In this document: piece after piece, positions 11,501 through 27,188 of the stretch
Layout of the letters: each line of letters begins with the position of its first letter
Position numbering within the stretch: the stretch's first letter is position 1
NCBI GenBank assembly: GCA_951406725.2
Contig: OX597820.1
Span: forward strand, 103,974,001-104,038,000
Source of the DNA: Octopus vulgaris
Lineage: Eukaryota
Reading direction: 5' to 3'
DNA length: 64,000 nt
Notes under the pieces: model-generated
What the model saw: the letters and a program-made list of their open reading frames with translations, nothing else
Databases searched by the model: none
What the model was told of the DNA's origin: nothing
Translations under genes and position numbers: made by a program

Positions 11501-12696
11501 TCAGGCTGAGTAAAAAGTAAGCAACGTTTTGAACCAGGAAGAATTTGCACCGCGTTTTTGCTGAGTTAGACATTTTAAAAAACATTTTTTTGCAATTGTC
11601 TGATAATAAAGAATCAGACATAATACAGACATATACTTTCCCTAATGCATCAATAAATAAATTTTGATATCTGTTTCATCTTTGTTACAATCATCTGAAA
11701 TGGAACTGTCGAAGCGCGATATACGAGCAATTTTGCTATTCAACTTCTAAAAAGGACGTAAAGCTGCTGAAACTGCTCACGATATCAGCGAAACATCTGG
11801 TGAGGAAATGACCAGTGAGTGGTCAGCTCGAAAATGGAGACCTGAGCCTTGAAAATCGTGAGCATAGCGGACATCCATCTGCTATGGAGGACGGTCATTT
11901 AGAGACCGTCATTGAGACTGGTCCACATAAGACCACTCGAGAACTGGCAAAAGAACTTCAAGTTAGTCAGAAAACCGCCTGCAACCATTTGCATGCGATC
12001 GGAAAATCAAAAAAAACCTCGACAAATGGGTGCTACATGATTTGAATGAAAATCAGAAAATGCGCAGATATGAAATTTGCTCGTCGCTTTTCTCTGTAAC
12101 CAGACCGATCCATTTCTCGACCGTATTGTAACTTGCGATGAAAAGTGGATTCTGTACAATAAAAAAAAAACATTTGATGGTGTACTGTTGGACTCATCCA
12201 CTATAACTTCTTAAAATCCGGAAAAACCATTACTGCAGTAACATTGCCATTAAATTGCCAAAATGAACGAAAAACTGCTATTTCTCGGTCCCAGACTAGT
12301 TAGCAGAAGAGGACCAATCATTCTTCATGACAATACTCGACCACACGTTTCACTAACGACGCTCCAGAAGTTGAGGGAACTTAGTTATGAAGTTCTTCCT
12401 GACCCAGTTCTTCCTGACCCCAGACCTTTCTCCTACGGACTACCACTTTTTCAAGCACCCTGGTGGTTTCCTGCGAGAGAAGTTCAAAAATCAAACGGAA
12501 ACTGAAAGTGCGTTTAAAGAGTTCATCAGCTCCAGAATTCCCAGATTTCTTTGTTACCGGAATAGAAAACTTGTAATTCGTTGACAAAAATGTGTTGACT
12601 ACAATGGTACTTACTTTGATGAATAAAACTTCCGCATTGTTGAAATATATTGTCATGAATTTCATGTTTCAAACCGTTGCTTACTTTTAACTCAGC

Positions 12697-12700
<4 letters not shown>
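11501..12700 (+). mobile_element. Mariner DNA transposon with decayed D,D34D transposase
   Basis: ~30 bp TIRs TCAGGCTGAGTAAAAAGTAAGCAACG / CGTTGCTTACTTTTAACTCAGCCTGA with TA flanks. Motifs WVLHDL, IVTCDEKWILY, LHDNTRPH and PDLSPTDYHFF, interrupted by stops and frameshifts. Confidence 0.93.
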
Positions 12701-12735
<35 letters not shown>

Positions 12736-13859
12736 GTTTAAATATTTGTTGTGCAAGATTTTTTATGTGAAGTCGTGTGTTGAAACAGATATTGTTATAT
12801 TTCGGAATGGTCATATTGCCAGTTTAGCCAATAAAAACACACGCACTATATATTTGGTGTTATTTTGCTTCAGTGATATTTATTTTTTACATTAATCTTA
12901 ATCTTATTTCGGCCAAAGTTCTTTCGTCACACTCCTGTAACCGCATCAGTGGTCCTTTGTTTTCTTCTCACTTACTTGTGTCTCTCCTTACTAACCGTCA
13001 GCCATTTTGTATTTCTATTGTATGTCTTCATTTGCGCATGCTTATATCTCTATGTGCGTCTATGTTTATTTAGTGTGTGGGGGGGGATGTCTGTAATATT
13101 TGTATCTTCTGGTTATATATATTCTTGTAATTTGTATTTTGTTTTTGTTGTTGTTGCTTTTGTTCTAATTTTGTTCATGTGTTTACATCCACCCATTATT
13201 ATCATTACATATGCTTGTATGTATGTATAACAACAATATTAGTAATAATAATAATAAATCTAATCGAGAAAAAAAAAAAAAAAGAATATACATATACATA
13301 TATATATACATATATATACATATATATATATACATATATACACACACATATACACATATACATATACATATATATACACATATACATACATATAGATATT
13401 CATTTCTATTTCTTTAATTACCTGTGTATTTATTATGTTTGCAGGATCCACTATTGTCATATGTTGTGGTGTGCGCTATTGCTCCATTCTAGTTTTCTAT
13501 TCAGGCTAGGTTTATTTTCTATTATATGTGTAGCTTCTGTAATTTGTCTAATTGTTGCATCTGTTCTATGTGTGGACAATATCTTAATCTCTATGTTATT
13601 GATTGATCCCCCGTGTTCTTGTTCAGCGTGTTGGTACAGAATCGATGAGCTTTTACCTTCCTTGAGTTGTCTCCAATGTTCATTCACCCGCTCACCAATG
13701 CTTCTTGCAGTTTCCCCTACGTATGTTACTGTCTTGTTACTGCATCTTCCCTCTATACATCTTATACTATAGACCACATTTCTGGCTTTACAGTTCGTTT
13801 GTGGGCTAAATCTACATACAGTGCAATAGTTATCCGTACAGAAATGTAAAGCCAGAAAT

Positions 13860-14180
13860 GTGGTCTATAGTATAAGATGTATAGAGGGAAGATGCAGTAA
13901 CAAGACAGTAACATACGTAGGGGAAACTGCAAGAAGCATTGGTGAGCGGGTGAATGAACATTGGAGACAACTCAAGGAAGGTAAAAGCTCATCGATTCTG
14001 TACCAACACGCCGAACAAGAACACGGGGGATCAATCAATAACATAGAGATTAAGATATTGTCCACACATAGAACAGATGCAACAATTAGACAAATTACAG
14101 AAGCTACACATATAATAGAAAATAAACCTAGCCTGAATAGAAAACTAGAATGGAGCAATAGCGCACACCACAACATATGA
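13860..14180 (+). pseudogene. PLE GIY-YIG endonuclease C-terminal fragment (mirror copy 13457-13777, minus)
   Basis: VVYSIRC...C...YVGETARSIGERVNEH...RQITEA...LN. Confidence 0.85.
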
Positions 14181-14689
14181 CAATAGTGGATCCTGCAAAC
14201 ATAATAAATACACAGGTAATTAAAGAAATAGAAATGAATATCTATATGTATGTATATGTGTATATATATGTATATGTATATGTGTATATGTGTGTGTATA
14301 TATGTATATATATATATGTATATGTATGTATATATATATATATGTATATGTATATTCTTTTTTTTTTTTTTTTTTCGATTAGATTTATTATTATTATTAC
14401 TAATATTGTTGTTATACATACATACAAGCATATGTAATGATAATAATGGGTGGATGTAAACACATGAACAAAATTAGAACAAAAGCAACAACAACAAAAA
14501 CAAAATACAAATTACAAGAATATATATAACCAGAAGATACAAATATTACAGACATCCCCCCCACACACACACTAAATAAACATAGACGCACATAGAGATA
14601 TAAGCATGCGCAAATGAAGACATACAATAGAAATACAAAATGGCTGACGGTTAGTAAGGAGAGACACAAGTAAGTGAGAAGAAAACAAA

Positions 14690-14734
14690 GGACCACTGAT
14701 GCGGTCACAGGAGTGTGACGAAAGAACTTTGGCC
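14690..14734 (+). ncRNA. Type I hammerhead with A9C core (mirror copy 12911-12955, minus)
   Basis: CCA-CTGATGC-g-GTCAC/GTGAC-GAAA-GAAC-TT-TGG. Confidence 0.7.
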
Positions 14735-14945
14735 GAAATAAGATTAAGATTAATGTAAAAAATAAATATCACTGAAGCAAAATAACACCAAATATATAGT
14801 GCGTGTGTTTTTATTGGCTAAACTGGCAATATGACCATTCCGAAATATAACAATATATATATATATATATATATACCGGAGTAAACACATAAATGTGAAA
14901 CAAGGTGGAAAATAGAGTACTCAAATACCAGTGGTAGAGTAATAT

Positions 14946-15063
14946 GCTTTATTTAAAGCAGCAGAAAATTCAACAAAACCAGTTACTCTGAGTTTCCCGT
15001 TGCCGGCAACGGAAAACTCAGAGTAACAGGTTTTGTTGAACTTTCTGCTGCTTTAAATAAAGT
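14946..15063. repeat. Near-perfect hairpin folded back within a hammerhead stem II
   Basis: Centre CCCGTTGCCGGCAACGG. Both arms carry only the 3' half, GAAACTCAGAGTA-like. (TA)n on both flanks. Confidence 0.75.
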
Positions 15064-15069
15064 ATATAT

Positions 15070-15331
<262 letters not shown>

Positions 15332-15419
15332 TATATAAGTATGTTGTGTTTATTAAATAATATTTATCCCTCACTAGATAGAGTACTATTTTGTTGATCT
15401 TACCATCCCTGAACAGTAC

Positions 15420-15470
<51 letters not shown>

Positions 15471-15860
15471 CTATGTGTATGTGTGCCTATGTGTACGTGA
15501 ATGTGTGGTGATGGTGGTGGTGATGGTGGTGGTGGTGGTGGTGGTGTGAGTGTGTTAAGTATTTAAACATATATCTATGCGTATATGTTTTAATGCTTGT
15601 ATTGTTTTGTTCCCTATAACCGCTTGAAGGCCGGTGTTGGTTTGCTTACGTTCCTGTACCTTAGCGGTTCGGCAAAGGGGAGCGATAAAATTAGTACCCG
15701 ACTTGAAAAATAAGTAACGGTGTCGATTTATTCGACTAAACCCTTGGGGGCAGAGCATGGCCGTAGTCCAGTGACTGAAACAAGTAAAAGGTAAATGATA
15801 AAAGAGATATACGTATGCATATATATATGTGTGTGTGTATGTATATATATATGTATTTAA

Positions 15861-15935
<75 letters not shown>

Positions 15936-15961
15936 ATATATATATATATATATATATATGC

Positions 15962-15996
<35 letters not shown>

Positions 15997-16025
15997 ATGT
16001 ATGTATATGTATGTATGTATGTATG

Positions 16026-16070
<45 letters not shown>

Positions 16071-16894
16071 TTGCACAATGGAAATTACTGTGTATGATTT
16101 GTATGCACTAATGCGTTTTACTTTATACCAAACGAGCCAGCGACGAAGCTTCTATATGTCCCTTTGAAAAACTAGGAATAGTAGTCAAATCCCCTTCCAA
16201 TCAAACCTCACTGCCTTAGGAAAGAACACGGTGCGTAATGTGCTTCTGGGTTTCCTTCACATTGGAAAAAAAAAATAAAGGGGCATTTATAGGATGGGGT
16301 GATACTATTGCTCATGTTTGCTCGATCAGGGTTAACCTAGGATTAAACAATAATAACAAGATCAGCAACAGCAATAACAGTAACGACGAACAGGCGTTGG
16401 AAAAATAAATGAACATGTGTATTATAAACAACCGAAATCGCAGTCGTCTTGAATCAACAGTGCTGGAGTACAATAACATGGCGACCCTTACGATGAATCT
16501 CTACTTTCACTTTCGTTATCAGCAGCACGTCATGATTTCGTTCGGCGACCGGCAAAATATTTTTCGTTTATTTTTTTTTTTTTAAGGGTGGTATTTTTTC
16601 ACTGGCAACGAAAATGTGCTATTCATAGTGATGAGCCTTGAACAAACAATTATTATTATTATTTGTATTATAACTATTTTGGTGTCTAAGATCATTTTTT
16701 TTTCTTTTAATTTCTAACTTGGAAAACAACAACTCGAAATTAACGACAGTAATAATAATGAATTCAAAATAATCTCATGCATTCACACTGAATTATTAAA
16801 TGATTAGGCTAAATAGAGCATTAAACTTAATTCAACAATGCAAAGAACTGGGGAAAAACAATTCTAATTACAACGCTAATTAATAACAAAATAT

Positions 16895-16976
<82 letters not shown>

Positions 16977-16989
16977 GTCTGTCTGTCTG

Positions 16990-17025
<36 letters not shown>

Positions 17026-17044
17026 GTTTGTGTGTATGTATGCC

Positions 17045-17164
<120 letters not shown>

Positions 17165-17542
17165 TGTATTTGTATATGTATATTGGGATAAGGAGTTATA
17201 TTCGTCGCTATATAAGTGGAAGAAAAAAGCTCCAAGCAAAAAGAAAAAACAGAAGACAGGACACAAGGGATATGTTCTTTTCCGTCAGCTGTCCAAACTA
17301 AGGAATTTTCGCAGTGTTGCTGATTAGGGCAGTGCCGCTTGTTCCTAACCTACTCCCACAATACCTGGACGTGGTTGTTAAGGACTGATCTGGTGAATAT
17401 GAGGCACACTTGAGATAAAAAGAAAAATAATGGTAAATAGTTGAATTTTAGCGACAGGGACATCACTGTTTTGTCTTGAGTTACTCCTCTTACTTCAGTT
17501 TTGTTCTTGTATGTGTGTGTGTGTGGGGGGGTGTAAATATGA

Positions 17543-17591
<49 letters not shown>

Positions 17592-17812
17592 TAATAATAC
17601 AAATGATATATATATATGCATATATACATACGTATATGTACATACATGTACACGTATATATATATATATATATAAATAATATATATATGCATATATGGGA
17701 ACAGGACGTCACGAAACGTGATATATATAAGTGTGTGTGCGTGTGCATTATGTATGTATACACACATACATATATATATACATATATAAGTGTGTGCACA
17801 TACATATAAATT

Positions 17813-17929
<117 letters not shown>

Positions 17930-18131
17930 TATATAGACAACGTGTCAAATACATATATATATATATACAACGTATCAAATACACACACATACAAACACAT
18001 ATGTACATGTATATATGTGTATATATATATATATATACACATATATATATGTGTGTGTACATGTACATATGTGTTTGTATGTGTGTGTATTTGATACGTT
18101 GTCTATATATATATATTTGACACGTTCTATA

Positions 18132-18233
<102 letters not shown>

Positions 18234-18305
18234 AATTTATATGTATGTGCACACATACAAACACATATGTACATGTACACACATATATATATATGTGTAT
18301 ATGTA

Positions 18306-18340
<35 letters not shown>

Positions 18341-19190
18341 GTGTACATGTACATATGTGTTTGTATGTGTGTGTATTTGATACGTTGTCTATAGTCAAAT
18401 ATCTTTATCTTTATCAGACATTCGAAACGTCAAGTAAATGCACTCTGCTTCGTGAAATTCCTGAAATTAAGCAGACAATCAAATCTTCGTTCAACTACTT
18501 CTTTCCTTTCTTCCAACTCACTAAACATGTACTATTAGTTAAGACGTAAAATCTTTGTAACAAGACCCACAAGATGAGTACTTGCTTGCAAACAGTTTAT
18601 TATTATTATTAATCATTATTATTTTGCAAGCACGACAAACGAAATTTCCATTTACTAATGTGTACACAAAAGTCTCTGTATTATTTAAGGGCGTCATAGC
18701 AATATTTGCGTATGACAGAATACTAGTTATTGTTATGACGAAGTAGACTGTAACAACACCAAAACAATATTCCTTTTTTTTTTACTTTTATTTATTCATG
18801 TAATAAATTTCCATTTACAAATTCCCTCCATGCTTAAACTCCCGATTTAACCCATTTTCTTCTTTCCTTAATTCACGATTTCAAATTACTCTTCATGATG
18901 TACTTTCACTTTCAGATTGTTTTTTTTTTTTTAAGGTTTATTTCTCTTCGGTATTTTTTTTTATTTATACATGGGAGACAACAAACAAGTCGGTCGCTTT
19001 TGATACAGAGCGTATTTATCAACAAATGTTTACTTGAGAAAGAAATGCAAAACGTTGTAATGAAATTCAATATCAAAGAATTAAACATACATAGATGAAG
19101 GGTAGAATAGGGACGTGTAAGAGTACAAATATAAGCACTCACATATAAACATATCAATAATAGCAATATCAGTAGATATACACACACACA

Positions 19191-19223
<33 letters not shown>

Positions 19224-21520
19224 GTCTGTCTGTCTGTCTATCTGTCTGTAATACATATTTTATATTTATGAGTGTGTGTGTATATATATATATACTACTA
19301 ATGACAACAATGATATTGACGACGACGATGATGATGATGATGATGGTAGATTTATTTGCCATAAGGGCACCGAAGGACATCATATTACAAAGCAACAAAA
19401 TAAAAAAAAAAGGGTTAATATTATGTACACTAGAATATTTCATCATGCGCGCTTGCATGCGTGCGTGTGTATGCGTGTGTGAGTGCATGCATGTGTGTGT
19501 GTGTGTGCGCGTGTATGTGCGTGCGTCTGTGGCTGTACATTAATGAATACAAATGTATATAAAAAGCGAAATGTCAAAACATCATTTAGAGAGAGAGAGG
19601 AAAAGGAACAGGGCAGTTTTAAAAAACGGAACTTACCTACGTCTACTGCTACACGCGAATATATTATTACATCCCCATGTGTTGGTGGCGAGCCAATTCT
19701 TTAGAAATGGTCGATAGATGATAAATGGATAGCTAGAGAGGATGCAAGGAGAACAAACCAATGGATGATGTGAGGTGGCGGGGTACATGGCCGTTCGACT
19801 AGCAAGTCGGTTTTATTCTCTGTATTTACTGTTGTTCTCTATCACATCAGCTGAAGCGTACAGGCTGTTGTAATATTTATACATCGTCAGATGCGGACCA
19901 GGAGGCGGCTAGCTAGCAAACCAAATAAATAGCTAAATAGATAGCAAGCTAGCTAGGTAGCTACACATGCTAGTAACCTATGTGTGTGAGTGTATTCCTT
20001 CCTTTCATTTATTCATTAATTCATTCGTTCGTTAATTCGTTCGTTCGTTCGTTCTTTTCTTTTGTAGGGATTAACCCATTTTTGCCACGGAAGAGATAGA
20101 CTACCGAAATTTTAGCCTTTGGGTTGTTATTTCTAGCAAAGAAATTTGGTTATGATTATCAAAATCGACCCTTGGGACATGGAGCCAGAGGTGTTGTTGT
20201 TGCTGCTACTTCTGCTACTGCTGCTGCTGCTGTTATTGTTGTTGTTTAACCCCAGGTTTGCTCTCATCAAGCAGATTTATACTCAAAGGTATTAAAACAG
20301 CGATCATCGAGTTTTCTTATCGAGCTACAGTACACGTAGGACCATATTACTCAATGTGCTATTATTTTCTAAGTCGGTAAGGTGCGATCTCGAGATAAAT
20401 TTAGCTTCTATTTCTAGCAACTCAAGCGATTGTGTTGATGCTCACTCTCTAGGTCGCGGAGCCAGAATTTATATTTCAACTTTTTTTTTTAGACAATAAG
20501 AGATGTGAATATGCAACCTTTACGACTTTAGCGAGTAGTGCACTCCACTGACTGCTAATTCACCGCTATTCTGTTGCCAACAACAATAATAACGCTGGTA
20601 GCAACAACAGCAACAACAACAACGACGGTAATATACGAGCCAACAAGAAATGTAGTCCCTTGACCCTCTAGAAATAGCAGCCAAATCTTTATTAAGTTAC
20701 CTACTACCGTCTTAAATGAAAAAGTAAACGACTCTTCCAATAAGGTAATCCATGATATGCTATTTTAAAAAGAGACAAAATGGCCATGGAGGGATGCTTT
20801 TGATCATTGGTTTGCATAGCCAGCTCTGATGACCCTGGGTTAAGCAACATCAATAGAGCAGTATATGAGAAACCCCTAAAAGGACTATTATAAATATATA
20901 TAAATATATGCACGTAATCTTCTTTTTTCATTGTTTGAATTTTTTCCATAGCGAAGGAGCAGATTTCTGACAAAGAAACGTAGCACTATTGCCGAAATTC
21001 GGATACAAAAATGAGTTGTTTACACGATGTACCTTAGAAAAGTCTCGTGTATTTTAACTGTTCCTCTGACAGATTGTATTTGATTAAATATCCCCAGCTT
21101 TTCGAAATTGTTACTGAAACCTATAGTATGATATCCGAGTGCACCAACAATATGTGAATGTATAATCTAGGTAGGGAAGCTAAGGGTTTCGAAACAGTTT
21201 GTCTGTAAATGTTCTCTGTTAGATGTGAAAGGAATTTCAGCAACTTCAAGGCTGCGCATAATGGCACGATTTGTTTCTTTTCTGTCTCAAAACAGCAATA
21301 TCTGGCTTGAAACGTTTATACGACAAGGAAGGTTTGATGAAAATGTCCACTAATATTTATTGTGTCGTTTCATATGTATTAAGTAACAAGGGTATGGTGT
21401 ATATAATATATATCACAGTGTGGTCTTCCTTACGGGTGACATTGCGTATCATTTAACCATCAATATAATGCAACATTTTGGATGGTAATACCTTAATGAT
21501 ATTAATTATCTTCTACAGAA

Positions 21521-22105
21521 AGGTGGCGAAGTGGTAGAATCGTTAGCACGCCGGGGAAAATGCTTAGCGGCATTTCGTCTATCCTTACATTCTGAGTTCA
21601 AGTTCCGCCGAGGTCGACATTGCCTTCCATCCTTTAGCTTGGGTCGATAAAATAAGTACCAGTGAAGTACCGAGGTCGATGGAATAAGGCGGCGAGCTGG
21701 CAGAAACGTTAGCACGTCGGCGAAATGCTTAGCGGTATTTCGTCTGCGTTACGTTGTGAGTTCAAATTCCGCCGAGGTCGACTTTGCATTTCATCCTTTC
21801 GGGGTCGATAAATTAAGTACCAGTTACGAACTGGGGTCGATGTAATCGACTTAATACCTATGTCTGTCCTTGTTTGTTCCCTCTGTGTTTAGCCCCTTGT
21901 GGGTAATAAAGAAATAGGTATTTCGTCTGCCGTTACGTTCTGAGTTCAAATTCCGCCGAGGTCGACTTTGCCTTTCATCCTTTCGGGGTCGATTAAATAA
22001 GTACCAGTTACGCACTGGGGTCGATATAATCAACTTAATCCGTTTGTCTGTCCTTGTTTGTCCTCTCTGTGTTTACTACCCTTGTGGGTAGTAAAAAAAT
22101 AGGAA
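21521..22105 (+). mobile_element. Meta-like SINE cluster including a dimer
   Basis: Heads at 21521 and about 21688, with an internal junction at 21916/21917. Confidence 0.85.
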
Positions 22106-23879
22106 TAGACTTTCCTCCCCTCAAAAACTGCTGCATCAGTGCCAAAATTTGAAACCATTGAAGAGTTTCCAACGTCAACCGAGAAATAACCAGTTTCAGC
22201 TCGAATATGCTAAAACAGTTTCATATGATTGATCTATAAATCAACTAATCAGTGTGAAGCTGTGGCGTAATATGGCTCGTAATATGGCTTCTCGAATATT
22301 CTAAAATTCGCATGGCAGCAGACCGTTTCGGGCACTTAAGGAAGGCAGACTGCTTCGAGCACCCAAAGAAGGCAGACCACAGATAGCTTTGAAGCAAAGC
22401 AGATTACAGCATACCACAGCTAACCTTTAACAAAACAGAGCACGATTCTCTCCTCCCAGCTTTAACAATGTGCAGAGTTTATTGTATCAGCATTTTTCTT
22501 TTCCAGATAGCTAATCATTTAAGCTAACACAATAAATCATTTCTATCAATAAATAATGCTGAATGTTCATGAATTTGCTTTATTTACAATACACGCAACC
22601 AGCCAGAACCAAGCGACGATGGTGTCCAACACAACACACAACATACCAGCTTACGACAAATGAATCACGCCTGGGTCACCATTTGTCGAAAATATATTTT
22701 CATCTATACCTAAGGACTTTGGAGAACAGATTTTCCGTGTCTAACTATCAAATATGAATATTTCTTGCAGACAAATTCTATCCCACAGAAGCAGAAAGTG
22801 TGTGTGTGGGGGGGGTTAACCCAGCATTGTAAATATCTTAGAACGCTCTTTAGATCGTCCGCAAAGAAATTATGGATTACATTTGTATCAATTTCTACTT
22901 GCATTAGTAAGATCAGTAAATGAAAGCAAGCTTACTACAACTAGTTTAAACAGTGATCAGATCTGTTGAGCCATCAACATCATCAATATCTTGACAACCT
23001 TAGTTATCATGTGTTCACATACAATAAATATCTAAGAAACGAACTGAATAGAACTCTTGGTTCTACTAAATTAGTTCTTAACTTACTTGTATTAAGTGAT
23101 CAATTTATCAAAATGTTGGGGTTAGAAAGTTTACAACTACATATATACTTTCTGAAAAAATTACATTTAAGAAAAAAAAACAAAGATCATTATTCATATA
23201 AAGATTAGATATTCTACCTTGTAACGATAAGTTAGAATCATCAGTATGTTCTTATAGTTTTGATAAACCAGCCTTCACAAAACTAGTTAAAAGTTTTTAA
23301 AATATGGTAATTTAATTAACCCCAAGACATACAGGATAAGTGGTAGTAAGTCATATGAAACAGTTGCCATTGATAACAAAGAGAATTTGGTTAAAATTTA
23401 ATTTCCATTCTAAATTTATACCACACGTTTACTTTTTAGTATCAGCTCAATTACCCCAGAGAGAGATTTAGGGAGACACGAAAATATTCAAACAAGTCTA
23501 TTGAATGAGTTGATGGTCCTTCTTTTAAATGAAGATTTGTAAATCGAGGATCGTATTTGTAAATATTCTTTTCTGGTGATTCTTCTGTAAATGTTGGTTA
23601 GACATTCTTATATCACTTGTATGTCGCCTTCAATTGTATGTTTTATTTGCTTTGGTTCTCTGTCGTCTGATCGTCCAGAATTCATTGAAGCTGACCCAAA
23701 ACAAATAATTTATGTTTTGATAACACTAAACTCGATTGTCTACTTGACATAATTTTATAAAAGCACGCTATTCAGAGTAACATATGTATAATTATTTATT
23801 TATTTCTGACACATATACATGAATACATACACACATATGCATACACACAAATGCATACATACATTCATACCAACATACA

Positions 23880-24295
23880 CGCTGTACAAAAGCTGCCTCT
23901 TGGATCTTTGTGAATCCAACAACATAGTGACTGATGAGCAAGTAGGTGGAAAGAAGAGAATGTGGAGATGTGCCGGATATCTTTTGATAAACAAGTCTGT
24001 GCTGTCCGAAATAAGAAAACACCAGAGAAAACTTGTGACAGTATGGCTTCATTATAGGAAGGTTTTCAACTCTGTTCTCCAATCATAGTGGCTACATTAG
24101 TTACTGCCTGTGTGAAGCTCACAAACATCTGGGAAAACAATTCTCACACTTGCAGCTGGGAGCCAAACGATCGTCTCCGATGTTATAGGTATTTCAACGA
24201 GATATTCCAAGGAGATAGTTTTTCTATATTTCCGTTTATTTTGGCGTTAAATTCATTATCATTTCTGCTACAAGCATCCAATGCCTACAACTCTG
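23880..24295 (+). pseudogene. R4/Dong-clade non-LTR RT fragment
   Basis: EQVGGKKRMWRC...LLINKSVL...VWLHYRKVFNSV and IFQGDSFS..FILALNSLSFLL match R4-type RT motifs. A further HNFFADDLK fragment lies at about 22850 (minus). Confidence 0.8.
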
Positions 24296-24439
24296 CCTAT
24301 TCGTCAGCTTATGTATGTACGCATGAATGTATGTATGTATGTATGTATGTATGTATGTATGTATGTATGTATGTATGTATGTATGTATGTATGTATGTAT
24401 GCATGTATGCATGTATGTATGTATATATGTATGTATGTA

Positions 24440-24733
24440 TGTTCAGTTTTATTTCAAGATTTCTTGCCAATAGAGAAGGAACCGTTGCTTAACCTAGAAT
24501 CAAGGATCCTTCATTGGAAATTAAACATCAACAGGGTATGTATGTATGTATGTATGTATGTATGTATGTATGTATGTATGTATGTATGTCATTATTCAGT
24601 TTTTGCCAATAGAGAAAGAGCCGGTTTCTAGCCTGGATCCAATGCTCCTTCATTGGAATTTCAACATCAACAAGGTATTTTTGTTTGTATGCATGTATCT
24701 ATGTATATGTGCAGATTTGTCTGTCAGTCTGTC

Positions 24734-24769
<36 letters not shown>

Positions 24770-25280
24770 TGTATGTATGTATGTATGTATGTATGTATGT
24801 ACGTACGTATATATGTATGTATGCATGCGTGCAGATTTGTATGTTTTGCTTTATGTATGTATTCTCATGCATATAATTGCATATCTAGAAATGCTCATAT
24901 ATATTTAAATGATAAACTTCTGGAAAGGCTTACAGATTTTACAGTTCCAGTGATGGATTAGATCTGTAGTCTTCGAATTAGCTTTCTCTTTTTGGCTTTG
25001 GTATTTAGGCAATGTGTTACATATCCCAGAGCCCCTATAATTACAGGTATAAACCTGAACTTGTAATCTGGATAGAGTTAGTACACATTTCTCAATAGTT
25101 CAGTTTTATGTTAACATCCGCTGGGCAACTAATTTCCACGACTGCGCACAGTTTCTCTTCTCTATCCCAAATCATTATATCAGGTTTGTTTTGCTTACAT
25201 TTTATTGAGGTCTTCACAGAGGTTTTTACTGGGACATTCCACCGGTATTTCTTTTTATTATCAGTGGGTATGGCTTCTGT
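24440..25280 (-). mobile_element. R4/Dong 3' end (restriction-like endonuclease) plus repeated 3' UTR stubs in (CATA)n
   Basis: KPDIMIWDREEKLCAVVEISCPADVN and LYPDYKFRFIPVIIGALGYV. UTR stubs at about 24440-24540, 24590-24680, 26545-26650 and 27680-27780. Confidence 0.8.
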
Positions 25281-25371
25281 CTGTCAGTCTGTATGTATGT
25301 ATGCACGTACGTACGTAAGGGAAGTATGAATGTATGAATGTCTGTATGTTTATATGATGTGTATGTATGTT

Positions 25372-25470
<99 letters not shown>

Positions 25471-25569
25471 TATATAAAAAACATATACATATCTATACAC
25501 ATACACACACATATGCACACATATATATACATGCATACATACAAACATACATGCGCGCGCGCGTGTGTG

Positions 25570-25624
<55 letters not shown>

Positions 25625-26902
25625 ATGTGTGTGCATGTATTTTGTAATCCTATATACACAAACGGATATCTCTTCGTGATTTATTGCATGGACAATTAAG
25701 ATCAAGTTGCCAAGGCCCTGTTCTGCATGCATGGATGCATATACATATGCGCAGAGGTATATACGTTTTATACAAATACAAATATAGCTATATATTTTCT
25801 CTTCCTGATTACAATTCTAAAGCTTATTTCTTTGATTACCGGCTCGTCATTCATCACGCAATCATTCACCCATGAAATTTTTGAGACCTCCATTTCGATA
25901 TTCATTGGTCCAGACATCATGGTCATTTGTTGCATGTTAATTTTGGAGCTACGCCCTTCTCCAATGACTCCAAATCCAGCCGTAATTTGATCCGGGTGAA
26001 TTAATTAATTCATATCTTCCCTCTAACAATAATAGACATACCTGGAATTTTGGGGAAGTGAGTAATCGATAACACCGACCCTAGTACTCAACTGGTACTT
26101 ATTCTATTGACCTCAAAAGGATGAAAGACAAAGTCAACCTCGGTGGAATTTGAACTCAGAACATTGAGACGGACAAAATGACGCTATGCATTTTGTTCGG
26201 CGCGATAGCCATTCTGCCAAGTGGTTCAGTTAACAATAATACACATAAAACAGGAGACATTTCTAAAGCCTCCGTCAATGGTTGATAGACATCTTCCTTC
26301 TGTTTTTTCTCAGTACAACGAGAGCATATGGGAATCTGATTCCGTCGTGAGAGAATCTTCTATTTTATAGTCCCAAACAACAACTATCGTTACTATTTCT
26401 ATTGTTCCACCAACCTTCCTTTTTACTCATCACTCCGAATGTGTTCAGTATGAACATGTATGTATGTATGTATGTATGTATGTATGTATGTATGTATGTA
26501 TGTATGTATGTATGTATGTATGTATGTATGTATGTACGTATGTATGTCATTATTCAGTTTTGTTTCAAGATTTCTTGCTACTAGAGAAAGAACCGGTTTC
26601 TAACTTAGATCCAAGGCTCCTTCATTGGAATTTCAATATCAACAAGGTACTTTTGTTCGTACGTATATATATATGTATGTATGTGTGCAGATTTGTATGT
26701 TTTGTTTTATATATATATTCTCATGCATATAGTTGCGTGTACACAGTTTCTGTTCTCTGCACCAAATCATTATATCATGTCTCATCGGTAGACAATACCG
26801 TGATGCATGTATGTATGTATGTATGTATGTATGTATGTATGTATGTATGTATGTATGTATGTATGTATGTATGTATGTATGTATGTATGTATGTATGTAT
26901 GT

Positions 26903-27012
26903 ATGTAGATCTTGTAGATCTTTAGCTGGGCTAAAAAGTCACATTCGATCACAGCACCAGTAACAGTTAAGCTTCGTGCAATGCCCATACTCGATAACGA
27001 GGGGGCAGCCAT
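26903..27012 (+). mobile_element. 5'-truncated RTE LINE 3' end with (ATGT)n tail
   Basis: Encodes CRSCRSLAGLKSHIRSQHQ*, like the C-terminal Zn finger of RTE ORFs, followed by a short UTR. Confidence 0.7.
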
Positions 27013-27125
27013 GTATGTATGTATGTATGTATGTATGTATGTATGTATGTATGTATGTATGTATGTATGTATGTATGTATATATATATGTATGTATGTAT
27101 GTATATATCTATCTATCTATCCATC

Positions 27126-27188
<63 letters not shown>

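Larger units (their letters stand above)
12736..14856. mobile_element. Inverted duplication (~1 kb arms, ~52 bp spacer) of a PLE 3' end
   Basis: Identical GIY-YIG peptides on opposite strands (13457-13777 minus, 13860-14180 plus). The arms meet at about 13792 and 13845. Confidence 0.92.

Noticed and set aside
20826-20880. Lone CTGATGA motifs (also 8880 and 23931)
   Set aside because: There are no supporting stems, and the last lies inside RT coding sequence.
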